A DNA stretch of 64,000 nt from positions 54,688 to 118,687 of the forward strand of contig CACKOH010000001.1 in NCBI GenBank assembly GCA_902601785.1, read 5' to 3'. Position 1 is the stretch's first letter. Each line of letters opens with the position of its first letter. Of this stretch, positions 62,249 to 64,000 are shown one piece after another. The translations under genes and the position numbers were made by a program. The notes under the pieces were generated by a model, which was given only the letters and a program-made list of their open reading frames with translations, did not search any database and was not told the DNA's origin. This stretch comes from an uncultured Pelagibacteraceae bacterium (GTDB lineage Bacteria; Pseudomonadota; Alphaproteobacteria; Pelagibacterales; Pelagibacteraceae).

Positions 62249-64000
62249 TTAATCTAACTCAAACTGTTTTGTATAGTCTTTTTTAAGATTTGGATCTTGT
62301 TTTGACTTATCTAATACACAATTACCAATTATCAAATAATCTAATTCCGTTCCCATAAAACAATTAAATGCATCAACTGGGGTATTTACAATTGGTTCTC
62401 CTCTTACATTAAATGAAGTATTTACAATTACAGGGCAGCCAGTTTTTTTTTTAAATTTTTGAATTAAATCATAATAGTATCTATTTGTATCTTTAGTCAC
62501 TGTTTGCACTCTAGCAGAGTAATCAACATGAGTTACTGCTGGAATATCAGATCTTTTAATGTTTAATTTATCTATACCAAAAAGTTTTTTTTGGTCATTT
62601 GTCATTTCAATTTTTTTTTCTTTTTTTATTTCAGCGACCATTAACATGTAAGGACTTTCGGTCTTAATATCAAACCAATCCATCAAATTTTCTTTTAAAA
62701 TTGAAGGTGCAAACGGCCTAAAACTTTCTCTATACTTTACTTTTAAATTAAGATTTTTTTGCATTTTTTCAGATCTTGGATCTCCTAAAATCGACCTAGC
62801 ACCTAGTGCTCTTGGACCAAATTCCATTCTTCCTTGAAACCAGCCTATCGCTTTTTCATTTGATAAAAATTCTGATGTTTTATCAATTAATTCTTCATAA
62901 TCTAAAACATCAAATTTTGCACCAACGGATAAAAGTTCATTTTCAATTTCTTGTTGATTAAATTCTGTACCTAAATATGATCCTTTCATACTATCTTTGT
63001 TATTAATTTTTCTTTCGTTACCTTGATCTAAATGCCAAAGGGCTAAGGCAGCTCCAAGTGACCCACCTGCATCGCCAGCAGCAGGTTGTATCCAAATATT
63101 ATCAAAAATTTTTTCTTTCAGTATTTTTCCATTTGCAACACAATTTAAGGCTACACCTCCTGCCATACATAAATTGTTAATTTTGTATTCTTCTCTAATT
63201 GATTTTGATAATTTAATCATTATTTCTTCAGTAACTTTTTGAATTGAAGCAGCAATGTCCATATGAAATTGAGATATTTTTTCTTTATTTGGGTTTCTAG
63301 GCTCATGTCCAAACAAAACGTGAAAATTATTGTTAGTCATAGTTAGACCAGTTGCATAATTAAAATATTTTTGATCTAATCTAAATGTTCCATCTTCTTT
63401 TATATCTACTAATGTTTTAATTTTGTCTTCAAAAATTGGATTTCCATAAGGAGCCAAACCCATAAGTTTATATTCTCCACTATTAACTTTAAAACCAGAA
63501 TAGTAAGTAAAAGCTGAATAAAGAAGACCAAGAGAATGTGGAAAGTGAATTTCTTTTTTAACTTCTAATTGATTTCCTTTTCCAACAGCGACTGTCGTTG
63601 TTGCCCATTCACCAACACCATCCGCAGTTAATACAACTGCTTCTTCAAAAGGAGAAGGAAAGAAAGCACTTGATGCATGACTTAAATGGTGATCTGAAAA
63701 AAAAATATTTTTATCAGAATTATAATTTTCATCATGCTCCTTAAGTTTGGTAAATAATAAATTTTTTTGAAATAATTTGTCTTTAATCCAGATAGGCATA
63801 GCCTTACTAAAAGAAACAAATCCTTTAGGTGCAAAGGCAACATATGTTTCTAATAATCTTTCAAACTTTAAAAAAGGTTTTTCAAAAAAGACTATTTGGT
63901 CTACCTCACTTAATTTCAAATTAGAATACTTTAACACAAAATTAATTGCATTTTTTGGATATCCAGGATCATGTTTTTTTCTTGTAAATCTCTCTTCTTG
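62249..64000 (-). CDS. O-carbamoyltransferase (NodU/CmcH family), 5' end outside the window
   Basis: Frame open to the window edge (QEERFTRKKHD); HH.SHA, DGVGE, EYKLMGLAPYG, GGVALN, EFGPRALG and NTSFNVRGEP motifs. Confidence 0.93.
   Translation of the reverse strand, partial: QEERFTRKKHDPGYPKNAINFVLKYSNLKLSEVDQIVFFEKPFLKFERLLETYVAFAPKGFVSFSKAMPIWIKDKLFQKNLLFTKLKEHDENYNSDKNIFFSDHHLSHASSAFFPSPFEEAVVLTADGVGEWATTTVAVGKGNQLEVKKEIHFPHSLGLLYSAFTYYSGFKVNSGEYKLMGLAPYGNPIFEDKIKTLVDIKEDGTFRLDQKYFNYATGLTMTNNNFHVLFGHEPRNPNKEKISQFHMDIAASIQKVTEEIMIKLSKSIREEYKINNLCMAGGVALNCVANGKILKEKIFDNIWIQPAAGDAGGSLGAALALWHLDQGNERKINNKDSMKGSYLGTEFNQQEIENELLSVGAKFDVLDYEELIDKTSEFLSNEKAIGWFQGRMEFGPRALGARSILGDPRSEKMQKNLNLKVKYRESFRPFAPSILKENLMDWFDIKTESPYMLMVAEIKKEKKIEMTNDQKKLFGIDKLNIKRSDIPAVTHVDYSARVQTVTKDTNRYYYDLIQKFKKKTGCPVIVNTSFNVRGEPIVNTPVDAFNCFMGTELDYLIIGNCVLDKSKQDPNLKKDYTKQFELD

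Noticed and set aside
62249-64000. Saxitoxin or Nod-factor biosynthesis
   Set aside because: The carbamoyltransferase family is widespread, and no other sxt or nod genes are in the window

Overview
A very AT-rich, extremely compact alphaproteobacterial chromosome segment. Gene order, tiny intergenic gaps and protein sequences fit Pelagibacterales (SAR11); that assignment is by recognition, not by database search. Positions 1-47 kb are core genome: trpE(partial)GDC, lexA, gltX, a minus-strand rpsB-tsf-frr-uppS-cdsA-dxr-bamA-skp-fabZ-lpxD-lpxA-lpxI-lpxB run, a near-gapless nuoA-N to dnaE run, tRNA-Asp/Val/Leu and tig-clpP-clpX-lon. Positions 47-64 kb are more accessory: small hypothetical genes, a family-5 UDG, a TRAP transporter, an NCS1 permease, two SDRs, a GMC oxidoreductase, TerC, an M23 peptidase and a carbamoyltransferase. 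I saw no mobile element, CRISPR array or defence system. The best non-obvious signals are: a four-half-site, 11-bp-periodic LexA operator array; lpxB broken by one missing A in an A9 tract; four microprotein ORFs absent from the ORF track (39, 57, 45 and 46 aa); a tandem IHF-like direct repeat between tRNA-Asp and nuoA; a pseudoknotted rpsB leader; and a divergent TRAP/GMC-oxidoreductase module that may take up and oxidise a small hydroxy-acid such as 3-hydroxypropionate (inference).
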